DNA of 64,000 nucleotides from Chloroflexota bacterium. Lineage in GTDB: Bacteria; Chloroflexota; Dehalococcoidia; UBA2979. Positions 9,034-18,744 of this stretch are shown piece by piece. The stretch covers positions 16,190 through 80,189 of the forward strand of contig CANKAU010000007.1 of the NCBI GenBank assembly GCA_947479915.1, given 5' to 3'. Each line of letters begins with the position of its first letter. The first letter of the stretch is position 1. Below the pieces are notes generated by a model, which was not told where the DNA came from, did no database searches, and saw nothing but the letters and a program-made list of their open reading frames with translations. A program made the position numbers and the translations under genes.

Positions 9034-10818
9034 CTACGCCCGCGCCGCGACCACTGCGAGGCGGACGGCCTCCGCGGCGCGCGCCCACACCTGCTGGTGC
9101 AGCGCAACGTTGCGGTCGCGGTCGGTGCGGATTTCGAGGACATCGAGGCCCGGGCGCTGGAGCGCGTCGCCGATCGCCGCGCTCGCGGCGGCGCCGGGTT
9201 CGAGCAGTGCGTGTCGGCCGCCGTGCAGCGCCACCGCGTGGCGGAGGTCGAGGCCGTGCGGCGTGCCCCACCACTCCTCGAAGCGCGCGGGCATGCTCGT
9301 GCGCTGGGGGAGGAAGGAGAAGATGCCACCGCCGTCGTTGTTCACCAGTACGACGGTGAGGCTCAGGTCGTGGCGACGGATCGGCCAGAGGCCGTTCACG
9401 TCGTGCAGGAACGACAGGTCGCCGATCATCAGCGCGACCGGCCCGCCGGCCACCGCGGCCGCACCGGCAGCGCCCGAGATGACCCCGTCGATGCCACTGG
9501 CGCCGCGCGTGCCGACGATGCGGACGGCACGGTCCATGTTCGGAAAGAACGAGTCGATATCGCGCACGGGCATCGAGTTACCCGCGACGAGTGTCGCGCC
9601 CTCGGTCAGCGCGCCCGCGATGTCGAGGACCACCTGGCCTTCGAACGGCTCGTCGAGGTTGGCGATCGCGTCATCCAGCGCGGTGCGCGCCGCGGCGTTC
9701 GCGTCGCACCACAGCGCCAGCCACTCCGGGCGCGCCGAGGAACGCGCGTCGAGCGCCTCGAGCAGCGCGGAGCAGAACGCCCCGGGGTCGGCGGCCACAG
9801 CGAGCGAGGAGCGCAGGTCGGGGTCACGCCACCCGCCGCTCGCAGCCACGGCCGGGTCGACGAGGATCTGCGTCGTCGCGGTGAGCGAGGCGAGCCATGT
9901 GAATACGGGCTTCGAGGTCGGCTGCGCGCCGAAGCGGATGGTGACCTCGGGCGTGGCGGGCTCCGTGAAGGCGGTGACCCGGGCGAGCACGTCCGCACGG
10001 TCGATGACCGCGTCGAACGAGTGGTGCCCTGCGCGCATCCCGGACAGCGGATCCGCGATGATCGGCCAGCCCAGCACCTTCGCGAGCGCCGCGATTGCGG
10101 CGGCGGGGAGCCCGCTCGACTCCGGCCCGCAGACGATGACACCTCGACGTCCCGACACCACCGAGGCGACCCGGGCGATGTCGTTCGGGGTGGGCGCGGC
10201 AGGCGCGGCGATGGCGCGGCGCATCTCCGGCGTGTCGAGGTCGAACGGGAGCGTCTCGGAGTCCGCGTCCACCAGCGGCTCGCGGAACGGGATGTTCAGA
10301 TGCACCGGCCCCGCGGGCGCCTCGCACGACACGGCAGCGGCACGCGCGCCCGTCGCGGCGGCGTACCGCTCGAGGTCGGCGAGCGCACCGGCGTCGGCGA
10401 CTGGGAGGTCGACGGCCCACTTCACGTGCGTGGAAAAGATGCCGACCTGGTCGACCGTCTGGGCGGTGCCCAGGTCGCGCGCCTCGGGCGGGCGGTCGGC
10501 GGTGAGGAAGATCAGCGGGACGCGCGACAGGCGCGCCTCGACGGCGGCGGGGAGGAAGTTCGCGGCGGCGGTGCCGGACGTGCAGGCGAGGGCCACCGGC
10601 TCGCCGGTCTGCCTCGCGATGCCGAGCGCGAAGTAGCCCGCGGAGCGCTCGTCGAGGTGCAGCCACACCTTGAACGGCGACCCGGGCGACGTGGCGGCGA
10701 TGGTGATGGGGGTGTTCCGAGAGCCCGGAGCGATGACGAAGTGCCGCACACCGTTCTGGTGAAGCGACTGCAGCAGCGCGTGCACGGTGCGATCGGCGGG
10801 CTGGGCCATCCAACCCAT
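9034..10818 (-). CDS. menD: SEPHCHC synthase (ThDP-dependent)
   Basis: MGWMAQPADRTVHALLQSLHQNGVRHFVIAPGSRNTPI... with the ThDP-binding motif GDLSFLHD...NNDGGGIF. Confidence 0.9.
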   Translation of the reverse strand: MGWMAQPADRTVHALLQSLHQNGVRHFVIAPGSRNTPITIAATSPGSPFKVWLHLDERSAGYFALGIARQTGEPVALACTSGTAAANFLPAAVEARLSRVPLIFLTADRPPEARDLGTAQTVDQVGIFSTHVKWAVDLPVADAGALADLERYAAATGARAAAVSCEAPAGPVHLNIPFREPLVDADSETLPFDLDTPEMRRAIAAPAAPTPNDIARVASVVSGRRGVIVCGPESSGLPAAAIAALAKVLGWPIIADPLSGMRAGHHSFDAVIDRADVLARVTAFTEPATPEVTIRFGAQPTSKPVFTWLASLTATTQILVDPAVAASGGWRDPDLRSSLAVAADPGAFCSALLEALDARSSARPEWLALWCDANAAARTALDDAIANLDEPFEGQVVLDIAGALTEGATLVAGNSMPVRDIDSFFPNMDRAVRIVGTRGASGIDGVISGAAGAAAVAGGPVALMIGDLSFLHDVNGLWPIRRHDLSLTVVLVNNDGGGIFSFLPQRTSMPARFEEWWGTPHGLDLRHAVALHGGRHALLEPGAAASAAIGDALQRPGLDVLEIRTDRDRNVALHQQVWARAAEAVRLAVVAARA

Positions 10819-10849
10819 CTTATCCCTGTGTGAAGACAGCGTCGCGAGG

Positions 10850-10927
10850 CGGAGGAGCGTCGCGCTCCTCCGGGGCGTTCGAGGCGCACGAGGCGGCCCA
10901 CCCCTGCCCCTCCCGGCGCGGGAGGGG
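10850..10927 (-). other. Two GC-rich perfect hairpins in the menF-menD intergenic region: CGGAGGAGCG-tcg-CGCTCCTCCG (10850-10872) and CCCCTCCCG-gcg-CGGGAGGGG (10907-10927)
   Basis: Seen directly as inverted repeats with 3-nt loops inside the 288-nt non-coding gap between menF and menD. No U-tract follows either hairpin. Confidence 0.4.
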
Positions 10928-11106
10928 TTCTGAATCAGATGGATGATGCGGGGGTTGCACCCCCAACGCCCCCCAGGACGCGCTGCGGTAGGCAGCGCGG
11001 CGGGACGAGAACGGGACGTGCACTCGGGCAACCCGCACCTGCTTCGGCCCCTCGCCTGCGAAGCGGAAGAGGGCGGCGGTGAGGGTTCCGCCGTCCGAGG
11101 GGACGA

Positions 11107-12447
11107 CTACGCGCCGAGCGCCTCGGACAGGGGGCGGTACTTCAGTTGGACTTCGTCGAGCTCCTGCTGCGGGACGGAGTCGCCCATGATGCCGTTCCCC
11201 GCGAACAGCCACGCACGAGGCCCCCGCACCACGGCGGAGCGCAGCCCGACGGCGAACTCGCCGTCACCGGCGCCGTCCATCCAGCCCACCGGGCCGGCGT
11301 ACCAGCCGCGGTCGAACGCCTCGTGCTGGGTGATGACTTCGCGGGCGCGTTCGAAGGGCCAGCCGCAGACGGCGGGCGTGGGGTGGAGGCGCTGGACGAG
11401 GTCGAGGACGTCCACGCCCGGGCGCACCCGGCCGCTGATCTCCGTCGACAGGTGCTGGATGTTGCGCAGACGGCGGAGCTGCGGCTGGTTCGGCGCGACG
11501 AGGTCCTCGGTCGCGCCGTCCAGGCGCTCGCGGATCGCGCGCACGACCGTCTCGTGCTCGATGCGGTTCTTCGCACTCTCAAGGAGCGCGGTGCCGAGGC
11601 GCTCGTCCTCCTCGGGGTCGGTGCCGCGCCGCGTCGAACCCGCGAGGCCGAGTGCGCGCACGCGCCCCTGGGTGAGCGAGACGAGCAGCTCCGGCGATGC
11701 GCCGAGGAACGTGGCGTCCCCGCTGGTCATGGTGAACAGGTGGCAGTCGGCGTAGTTCGCCCGCAGCCGCGCCAGCGCCCGCCCGATCGAGATCGGGGCG
11801 TCGCCGGCCAGCGTCTGCGTGGAGGCGAGCACGGCCTTCTCGTACAGCCCGGCGCGCACCTCGGACGCGATCGTGGCGACGCTGGAGAGCCAGCGCTCCC
11901 GGTCAATCGGGGTCTCGACCCGCAGCGCGGTGGCGTCGAGGTCGCCCGGCGACCGCTGGGCACGCTCGACGAGCGCGGCGACGTCGTTCGGGGCGGCACT
12001 CGGCGCGAGGATCAGCGCGTTCGACTCGCCGGTGGCGAGGAACAGCACGCGCGGCAGCACCAGCCATCCGGCGCCGAAGCCCTCCCACGGCGTCTTCGCC
12101 GGGACGTTCGGGTTGAAGCGGAAGCCGCCGAGGAGTCTCGGCCGCAGCCCCGGCAGGTCGCCCCCGCCGGGCCGGTCCACCAGTGCGCGCGCCTGTGCGC
12201 CCAACGCGCCCGGCCCCGCGCCCCACGGTGCCTCGATGCGCCCCGCCTCGCCGACGGCGACCATCGCCAGCCCGAGCGCCGGCCGCTCGTACGAGGCGAC
12301 GACTCCCGCGCCCTGCGGGTCGTCCAGCAGTCGACGGGGGTCGAAGGAGTCCGGCAGCGTCAGCGACAGGAACGCGTCCGCGCCCGACTTCCGCCGTGCC
12401 GCCTCGATGCGCGCGAGCACGTCCCCGGCGTCGATGTCACTCGCCAC
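11107..12447 (-). CDS. menF: Isochorismate synthase
   Basis: MASDIDAGDVL... with the chorismate-utilising enzyme C-terminal domain (GGDGEFAVGLRSAVV, FAGNGIMGDS). GTG start at 12445-12447. Confidence 0.85.
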   Translation of the reverse strand: MASDIDAGDVLARIEAARRKSGADAFLSLTLPDSFDPRRLLDDPQGAGVVASYERPALGLAMVAVGEAGRIEAPWGAGPGALGAQARALVDRPGGGDLPGLRPRLLGGFRFNPNVPAKTPWEGFGAGWLVLPRVLFLATGESNALILAPSAAPNDVAALVERAQRSPGDLDATALRVETPIDRERWLSSVATIASEVRAGLYEKAVLASTQTLAGDAPISIGRALARLRANYADCHLFTMTSGDATFLGASPELLVSLTQGRVRALGLAGSTRRGTDPEEDERLGTALLESAKNRIEHETVVRAIRERLDGATEDLVAPNQPQLRRLRNIQHLSTEISGRVRPGVDVLDLVQRLHPTPAVCGWPFERAREVITQHEAFDRGWYAGPVGWMDGAGDGEFAVGLRSAVVRGPRAWLFAGNGIMGDSVPQQELDEVQLKYRPLSEALGA

Positions 12448-12475
12448 GATCGGTGCTCGCTTCTGGTGGGCTGCG

Positions 12476-12503
12476 TCGGTGGGGTACTTCCAGTATAGGC
12501 AGC
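12476..12503 (-). promoter_or_regulatory. Promoter-like element upstream of menF, carrying a TATACT -10 hexamer (minus strand)
   Basis: Minus-strand sequence GCTGCCTATACTGGAAGTACCCCACCGA lies about 40 nt upstream of the menF GTG. It is almost identical to the element at 13140-13168. Confidence 0.4.
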
Positions 12504-12555
12504 AGCCCGGTGCGGGCGAGGCGTTAGCGAGGCGGGACGCCGTTCGACTCAGGGA

Positions 12556-13095
12556 TCAAGGCACATCGAACAGATAGGGAGTCCCGTAGGCATGAAAGTA
12601 CGAGCCATTCATCGTCTCGACCTTGAAGGCTGCACAACTTCTACGAGCTGGGATGAACCCCTCGAGAGCTGCCGACGACAGAATGAACGTGACGCTAGCG
12701 GTCCCATCCGCGTCGGACGTGATGTCGACCGGCAGATACCTTCCTTCAAAGTCGAGCGGGCCGAACCAAACCACCAGGCGAGTTGTTGCGGGAAAGCCGC
12801 TAATCCTGAGAGTTACGCGATCCCCGAGGGCGGGGGCCGCAGGAACGATACCGAGGCTTGCTCCCACGAAGGTTGGGAACCCCTTTGTACTATCCGCGCA
12901 ATCCCGTTCGCTGATTGCTGTTGAAGCCACGGTGGGTGTCATACCGGGCGTCGCGCTGGCCGTTGGCGCGAGACTCGCGGTCGCCCTCGGACTCACCGAT
13001 GCGGGCGCGGGCGCGACGATCGGTCGCCGCATGCCGCATCCCACGAGAAGCGTCATCGCCAACACGAGGGGCACGAGGTGCTTCACGCGGCGCAT
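12556..13095 (-). CDS. Putative lipoprotein (tandem paralog A)
   Basis: MRRVKHLVPLVLAMTLLVGCG gives a lipobox signal peptide. An SD (GAGGTAG) precedes the ATG at 13093-13095. GC is lower than the surrounding genes. Confidence 0.6.
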   Translation of the reverse strand: MRRVKHLVPLVLAMTLLVGCGMRRPIVAPAPASVSPRATASLAPTASATPGMTPTVASTAISERDCADSTKGFPTFVGASLGIVPAAPALGDRVTLRISGFPATTRLVVWFGPLDFEGRYLPVDITSDADGTASVTFILSSAALEGFIPARRSCAAFKVETMNGSYFHAYGTPYLFDVP

Positions 13096-13145
13096 GCTAC
13101 CTCGGGCGGGCCGACCTCGCGCGGGGGGCGCGGGGTGCCTCGGTG
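13064..13145 (-). repeat. About 80-nt segment (5'-UTR plus first 12 codons) duplicated at 13829-13910
   Basis: Near-identical stretches ...acgaggtgcttcacgcggcgcatgctacctcgggcggg(c/g)cg(a/g)cctcgcgcggggggcgcggggtg... occur at both loci. Both encode MRRVKHLVPLVL. Confidence 0.7.
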
Positions 13146-13168
13146 GGGGCACTTCCAGTATAGGCAGC
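13140..13168 (-). promoter_or_regulatory. Promoter-like element (TATACT -10) upstream of lipoprotein paralog A; second copy of the menF upstream element
   Basis: Minus-strand sequence GCTGCCTATACTGGAAGTGCCCCCACCGAG matches the element at 12476-12503 at about 26 of 28 positions. Confidence 0.4.
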
Positions 13169-13181
13169 GGGGTCGTGGGGG

Positions 13182-13859
13182 CTACGGCGACTGCGGCGGT
13201 GGCGGAGCGACGACGACCGAGCCGGGAGGGTCTGCGTATTGCGTGCACCCCGATACCAACCAGAACAGGCTGACGCTCCCAACGCCGTCGTCGGTCATGA
13301 GGACCCGCATCCCGCTGGTCGAGACAGGTGCATCTAGGAAGTCGATGATTGACCCGGTCGACGTCCGTGAGACGGCGCGCAGGTGCCATGCAGGGGCGGG
13401 CATCCCTGCTCCATCCAACATCATTCGTGCCAACCGGCCTGGATCGCCTTCTAACGCCGTCCAAAGGTACTGACCGGGACAACTACCGAACAGGATCGCT
13501 GGAACGAGAGCGCCGGCCAGTGTCCCCTCCCCGCAAGAGGGCTGCCGATCCTTTCGACAGGGTTGGGCCGCACCCTTCATGTAGGGGGTGAGCGCGATCG
13601 AGTCACGAGCCAAGACCGCGGTGATGAAGGCGTCGACCGGCCCGACGCCTGTCATCGGCGGTGCGTCCCACGCGCGGACTGGCGCCGTTCGGATCGGCGT
13701 TGGAGCGGTTGCCGGTGGCGTCGACGTTCCGACCGGCTGGGCTGTCGCACTCGTCGTTGCCGTCCCCGTCCCCGTCGAGGCGGTCGGGGGCGGCTGGGTG
13801 CAGCCCGCGAGGAGCGCGGCAGCCAGCACGAGGGGGACGAGGTGCTTCACGCGGCGCAT
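13182..13859 (-). CDS. Putative lipoprotein (tandem paralog B)
   Basis: MRRVKHLVPLVLAAALLAGCT gives a lipobox. The N-terminus and leader are identical to paralog A. The body is Thr/Pro-rich and diverged. Confidence 0.6.
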   Translation of the reverse strand: MRRVKHLVPLVLAAALLAGCTQPPPTASTGTGTATTSATAQPVGTSTPPATAPTPIRTAPVRAWDAPPMTGVGPVDAFITAVLARDSIALTPYMKGAAQPCRKDRQPSCGEGTLAGALVPAILFGSCPGQYLWTALEGDPGRLARMMLDGAGMPAPAWHLRAVSRTSTGSIIDFLDAPVSTSGMRVLMTDDGVGSVSLFWLVSGCTQYADPPGSVVVAPPPPQSP

Positions 13860-13910
13860 GCTACCTCGGGCGGGGCGGCCTCGCGCGGGGGGCGCGGGGT
13901 GGCTAGACTG
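13829..13910 (-). repeat. Second copy of the duplicated leader and signal-peptide segment
   Basis: See the repeat at 13064-13145. Confidence 0.7.
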
Positions 13911-13946
13911 GCGGCAGCGAACACCGCGCGACCTCGCCATTCCGAC

Positions 13947-14147
13947 ATGGGGGTTCCGATGCCTGAGCAGCACACCGGCTTCAAGATTGGCGAGAACGGC
14001 GTCGAGGGGAAGTGCTCCCTCTGCGGCACGTATGTCATCAAGGGTGGCGTGAAGTTCCGCGAGAAGTCCGTCCTCTGCTCGGAGTGCGCCGCGCGCCAGG
14101 CGAAGATCGGCAACCCGTACGGCGCCACCCCCGGCCGCCGCGAGTAG
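13947..14147 (+). CDS. Small zinc-ribbon protein (CxxC...CxxC), 66 aa
   Basis: MGVPMPEQHTGFKIGENGVEGKCSLCGTYVIKGGVKFREKSVLCSECAARQAKIGNPYGATPGRRE. GC3 is high and the gene is divergent from lipoprotein B. Confidence 0.5.
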   Translation: MGVPMPEQHTGFKIGENGVEGKCSLCGTYVIKGGVKFREKSVLCSECAARQAKIGNPYGATPGRRE

Positions 14148-14210
14148 TCGCGCCGGCCTCGCGGCCCGCGTGACCGCCGAGGCCCACCGCCCCTACCGCC
14201 CCCACCGACC

Positions 14211-14612
14211 ATGAGCGCGATCCGCACCTTCTGGCGCACCGGCATCCTCGGGCGCTGCCCGGAGTGCGGGCGCACCTCGATGTTCAACTCCTACTACGGG
14301 CTGCACGAGCGCTGCGCGGTCTGCAACACGCGCTTCGAGTCCAACTCCGGCGAATGGCTGGGCGGCACCGCCTTCGGCTACACCATCGGCGCGCTGGTCG
14401 CACTCGCCCTCGCGCTGATCGAGGTGCAGTGGGGCATCTTCGCCGCGATGGGCCTGTCGCTGGCGTGGACCATGGGCGTGATCGCCGCGATCGCCCTCGC
14501 AGCGACGGTCGTCGGCTACCGGCCCGCGAAGGCGATCTGGTTCGCGCTGGTCTACGAGATGGGCTTCATGGCCGTCGGCGACGACCCGCCCGGGACGCCT
14601 CGACCCCGCTAG
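14211..14612 (+). CDS. DUF983-type membrane protein with N-terminal zinc ribbon
   Basis: CPECG...CAVCN followed by two transmembrane helices. Confidence 0.7.
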   Translation: MSAIRTFWRTGILGRCPECGRTSMFNSYYGLHERCAVCNTRFESNSGEWLGGTAFGYTIGALVALALALIEVQWGIFAAMGLSLAWTMGVIAAIALAATVVGYRPAKAIWFALVYEMGFMAVGDDPPGTPRPR

Positions 14613-14620
14613 CCGCCGCG

Positions 14621-14851
14621 CTACCGCGCCGCGACGGGCGGCACGAGGACGTGCAGCACGGACGTGAGTGCCATCGCCAGCACGAGCAGCGAGGCGAGCG
14701 CGATCGGCGTCGCCGCGGCCCACGCGAGGAACGCGGAGTACGGCCGCAGTCGTCCCCACGCCCAGCGCCCCACGAGGAACGCGCCGAGCCACGGCAGCGC
14801 GTAGACCACGCCCCACCCGGCCTCGATCGCCAGCGTCTCCAGATCCGGCAT
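14621..14851 (-). CDS. Small hydrophobic membrane protein (76 aa), hypothetical
   Basis: ORF with high GC3 and two predicted TM helices, convergent with the DUF983 gene. Confidence 0.4.
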   Translation of the reverse strand: MPDLETLAIEAGWGVVYALPWLGAFLVGRWAWGRLRPYSAFLAWAAATPIALASLLVLAMALTSVLHVLVPPVAAR

Positions 14852-14931
14852 GTCCTGATGCTAGCGCGAGAGGGGCACCTCGCACCGGCGATATACTCGG
14901 GCGCGGCGAAGCACGCCACGGAGGTGACGCG

Positions 14932-16680
<1,749 letters not shown>

Positions 16681-16683
16681 GGC

Positions 16684-17589
16684 GTGACTTCGGACCAGGG
16701 GCCTGGGCAGCAGCCGGCACCCGCGCCCGACGATCCGTCGGGTACGCCGGTCCCACCGGCGCCCTCGGCACCGCCGGCTGCGCCAGCGCTTTCGCCGTTC
16801 GCCCCCGGCCGCTGGGGCTGGGCGTGGATCGGGTTGTCCGTCGCGTGGACCCTGTGGGGCCTGGCGGGGCGCCCGCTGCCCGCGGGCTGGGTGGCTACGC
16901 GACCGTCTGCCGAGGCGACGCGACCGCCGGTGGCTCGCCAGCCGAACCCGGCCGCCGCCACGCCCTCGACCGGGTCTCCGCTCACGAACTCGTCACCACC
17001 CCGCCCGGGTAGCCCGACGTCATGGGAGCCGGCCGTGCGGGTCGAGAAGGGCTTCGTCCTGGCCGCCGATCTCCCGCCCGGCAACTGGGAGACGCACGTC
17101 ATGACTTCGTCGCCGTGGGTATCGCAGCAGACACCGAACTGGGGCCACCAAGCACTGCTCGGACGCGGGGTGAAGATCGAGCAGATCATCCTCGACCTGC
17201 CGCCGACCGCGGATCGCGGTCGCATCCAGAGTGCCTGGCGCGCCCTGATGGGCAAAGACGGCACGACGCCGAGCCAACTGCCCGCTGGCGGGAGCGCGCT
17301 CCTGACCAGTCTGGTCACCCGTCAGAATGCCGCCATGGAGCGGCTGTCGGTGGAGTCGATCCGGCCGATCGTCCCGCGCTACCCCGACGAGCAGTGGGGG
17401 AACTGGGCGTTCTCAATCATCACGGCGCCCGCCCGCAGCAGCATGGTCGCCGACTCGTTCGAGTGGTCCTCGGGCCGCTTCGCTACCCTGTTGATCATCG
17501 CCCGCACGGGGGATGCTCCGCCGTTCGACACGATCGAGTTGCTCCGCAAGGCCCGCGCACGCCTCGACGACGCGCAGAAAGCGAACTGA
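16684..17589 (+). CDS. Hypothetical protein with Pro-rich N-terminus and one TM segment
   Basis: GTG start 3 nt after the previous stop. Coding-like GC3. No recognisable domain. Confidence 0.45.
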   Translation: MTSDQGPGQQPAPAPDDPSGTPVPPAPSAPPAAPALSPFAPGRWGWAWIGLSVAWTLWGLAGRPLPAGWVATRPSAEATRPPVARQPNPAAATPSTGSPLTNSSPPRPGSPTSWEPAVRVEKGFVLAADLPPGNWETHVMTSSPWVSQQTPNWGHQALLGRGVKIEQIILDLPPTADRGRIQSAWRALMGKDGTTPSQLPAGGSALLTSLVTRQNAAMERLSVESIRPIVPRYPDEQWGNWAFSIITAPARSSMVADSFEWSSGRFATLLIIARTGDAPPFDTIELLRKARARLDDAQKAN

Positions 17590-17591
17590 AC

Positions 17592-18740
17592 ATGCCTGAT
17601 GACGCGTCCGAGGCTGTCGAGATCCACCGCGGGCTCAACGGCGTCTACTTTGACCGCAGCGGCACGAGCGACATCGACGGCAAGGCCGGGGAGCTGCGCT
17701 ACCGCGGCTACTCGATCCATGACCTCGCCGAGCACTCGTCGTTCGAGGAAGTGACGTACCTCCTGCTGTACGGCGAGCTGCCGACGCGCGCGCAGCTGGC
17801 GGCGTTCGACGCCGAGCTGAAGGCGGCGCGCACGCTGCCGGAGGGGGTGCTCGAGGTGATCCGCGCGGTGCAGGGCGCACATCCGATGGACGTGCTGCGC
17901 ACCGCCGTCTCCGCGCTCGCCGCGTTCGACCCGGACACCGCGGACAACAGCCGCGAGGCGACCGTCCGCAAGGGCATCCGCCTCACCTCGCAGGTGCCGA
18001 TGATCGTCGCGGCGCACCACCGCATCCGGCAGGGCCTGCCGATCGTGCCGCCGGACAACTCGCTCAACCACGCGGGCAACTTCCTGCAGATGCTGAAGGG
18101 CGAGCGCCCGTCCGAGGATGCCGTTGAGCTGATGGACATGGACCTCGTGCTGCACGCGGAACACGGGACGAACGCCAGCGCGTTCACCGCCCGCGTGGTC
18201 GCGGGCACGGACGCGAACCTGCACGCCGCCACCACCGCCGCGATCGCCGCGCTCTCCGGCCCGGCGCACGGCGGCGCCGCGGAACAGGTGATGCTGATGG
18301 CGCAGGAGATCGGCGCACCGGAGAACGCCGCCGCCTACGTGAAGGCGAAGCGAGCCAACCGCGAGGCGGTGATGGGCTTCGGGCATCGCGTGTACCGCGT
18401 CGAGGATCCGCGCGCGCGCCACATGCGCGAGGGAGTGAAGCGGCTGTCGCAGGAGATGGGTCAGCCGCAGTGGTACGAGATCCTCGAGGCGACCGTGGAG
18501 GCAATGAAGCCCTACGCGCGCCTGGGGGTCGCCGTGAACGTCGACTTCTACGCGGGCGTCGTCTACTACCTGCACGGCATCCCGGAGGATCTGTTCGTCC
18601 CGATCTTCGCGATCGGCCGCACCCCCGGCTGGGCCGTCCAGGTCCTCGAGCAGTTCGAGCACAACGTGCTCATCCGCCCCCTCACGGTGTACAACGGCCC
18701 GCCCCCGCGCGACTACGTCCCGATGGAGCGCAGGGGGTAG
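17592..18740 (+). CDS. Citrate synthase (or 2-methylcitrate synthase), about 380 aa
   Basis: MPDDASEAVEIHRGLNGVYFDRSGTSDIDGKAGELRYRGYSI...GFGHRVY... matches the citrate synthase family. Confidence 0.9.
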   Translation: MPDDASEAVEIHRGLNGVYFDRSGTSDIDGKAGELRYRGYSIHDLAEHSSFEEVTYLLLYGELPTRAQLAAFDAELKAARTLPEGVLEVIRAVQGAHPMDVLRTAVSALAAFDPDTADNSREATVRKGIRLTSQVPMIVAAHHRIRQGLPIVPPDNSLNHAGNFLQMLKGERPSEDAVELMDMDLVLHAEHGTNASAFTARVVAGTDANLHAATTAAIAALSGPAHGGAAEQVMLMAQEIGAPENAAAYVKAKRANREAVMGFGHRVYRVEDPRARHMREGVKRLSQEMGQPQWYEILEATVEAMKPYARLGVAVNVDFYAGVVYYLHGIPEDLFVPIFAIGRTPGWAVQVLEQFEHNVLIRPLTVYNGPPPRDYVPMERRG

Positions 18741-18744
18741 GGGA

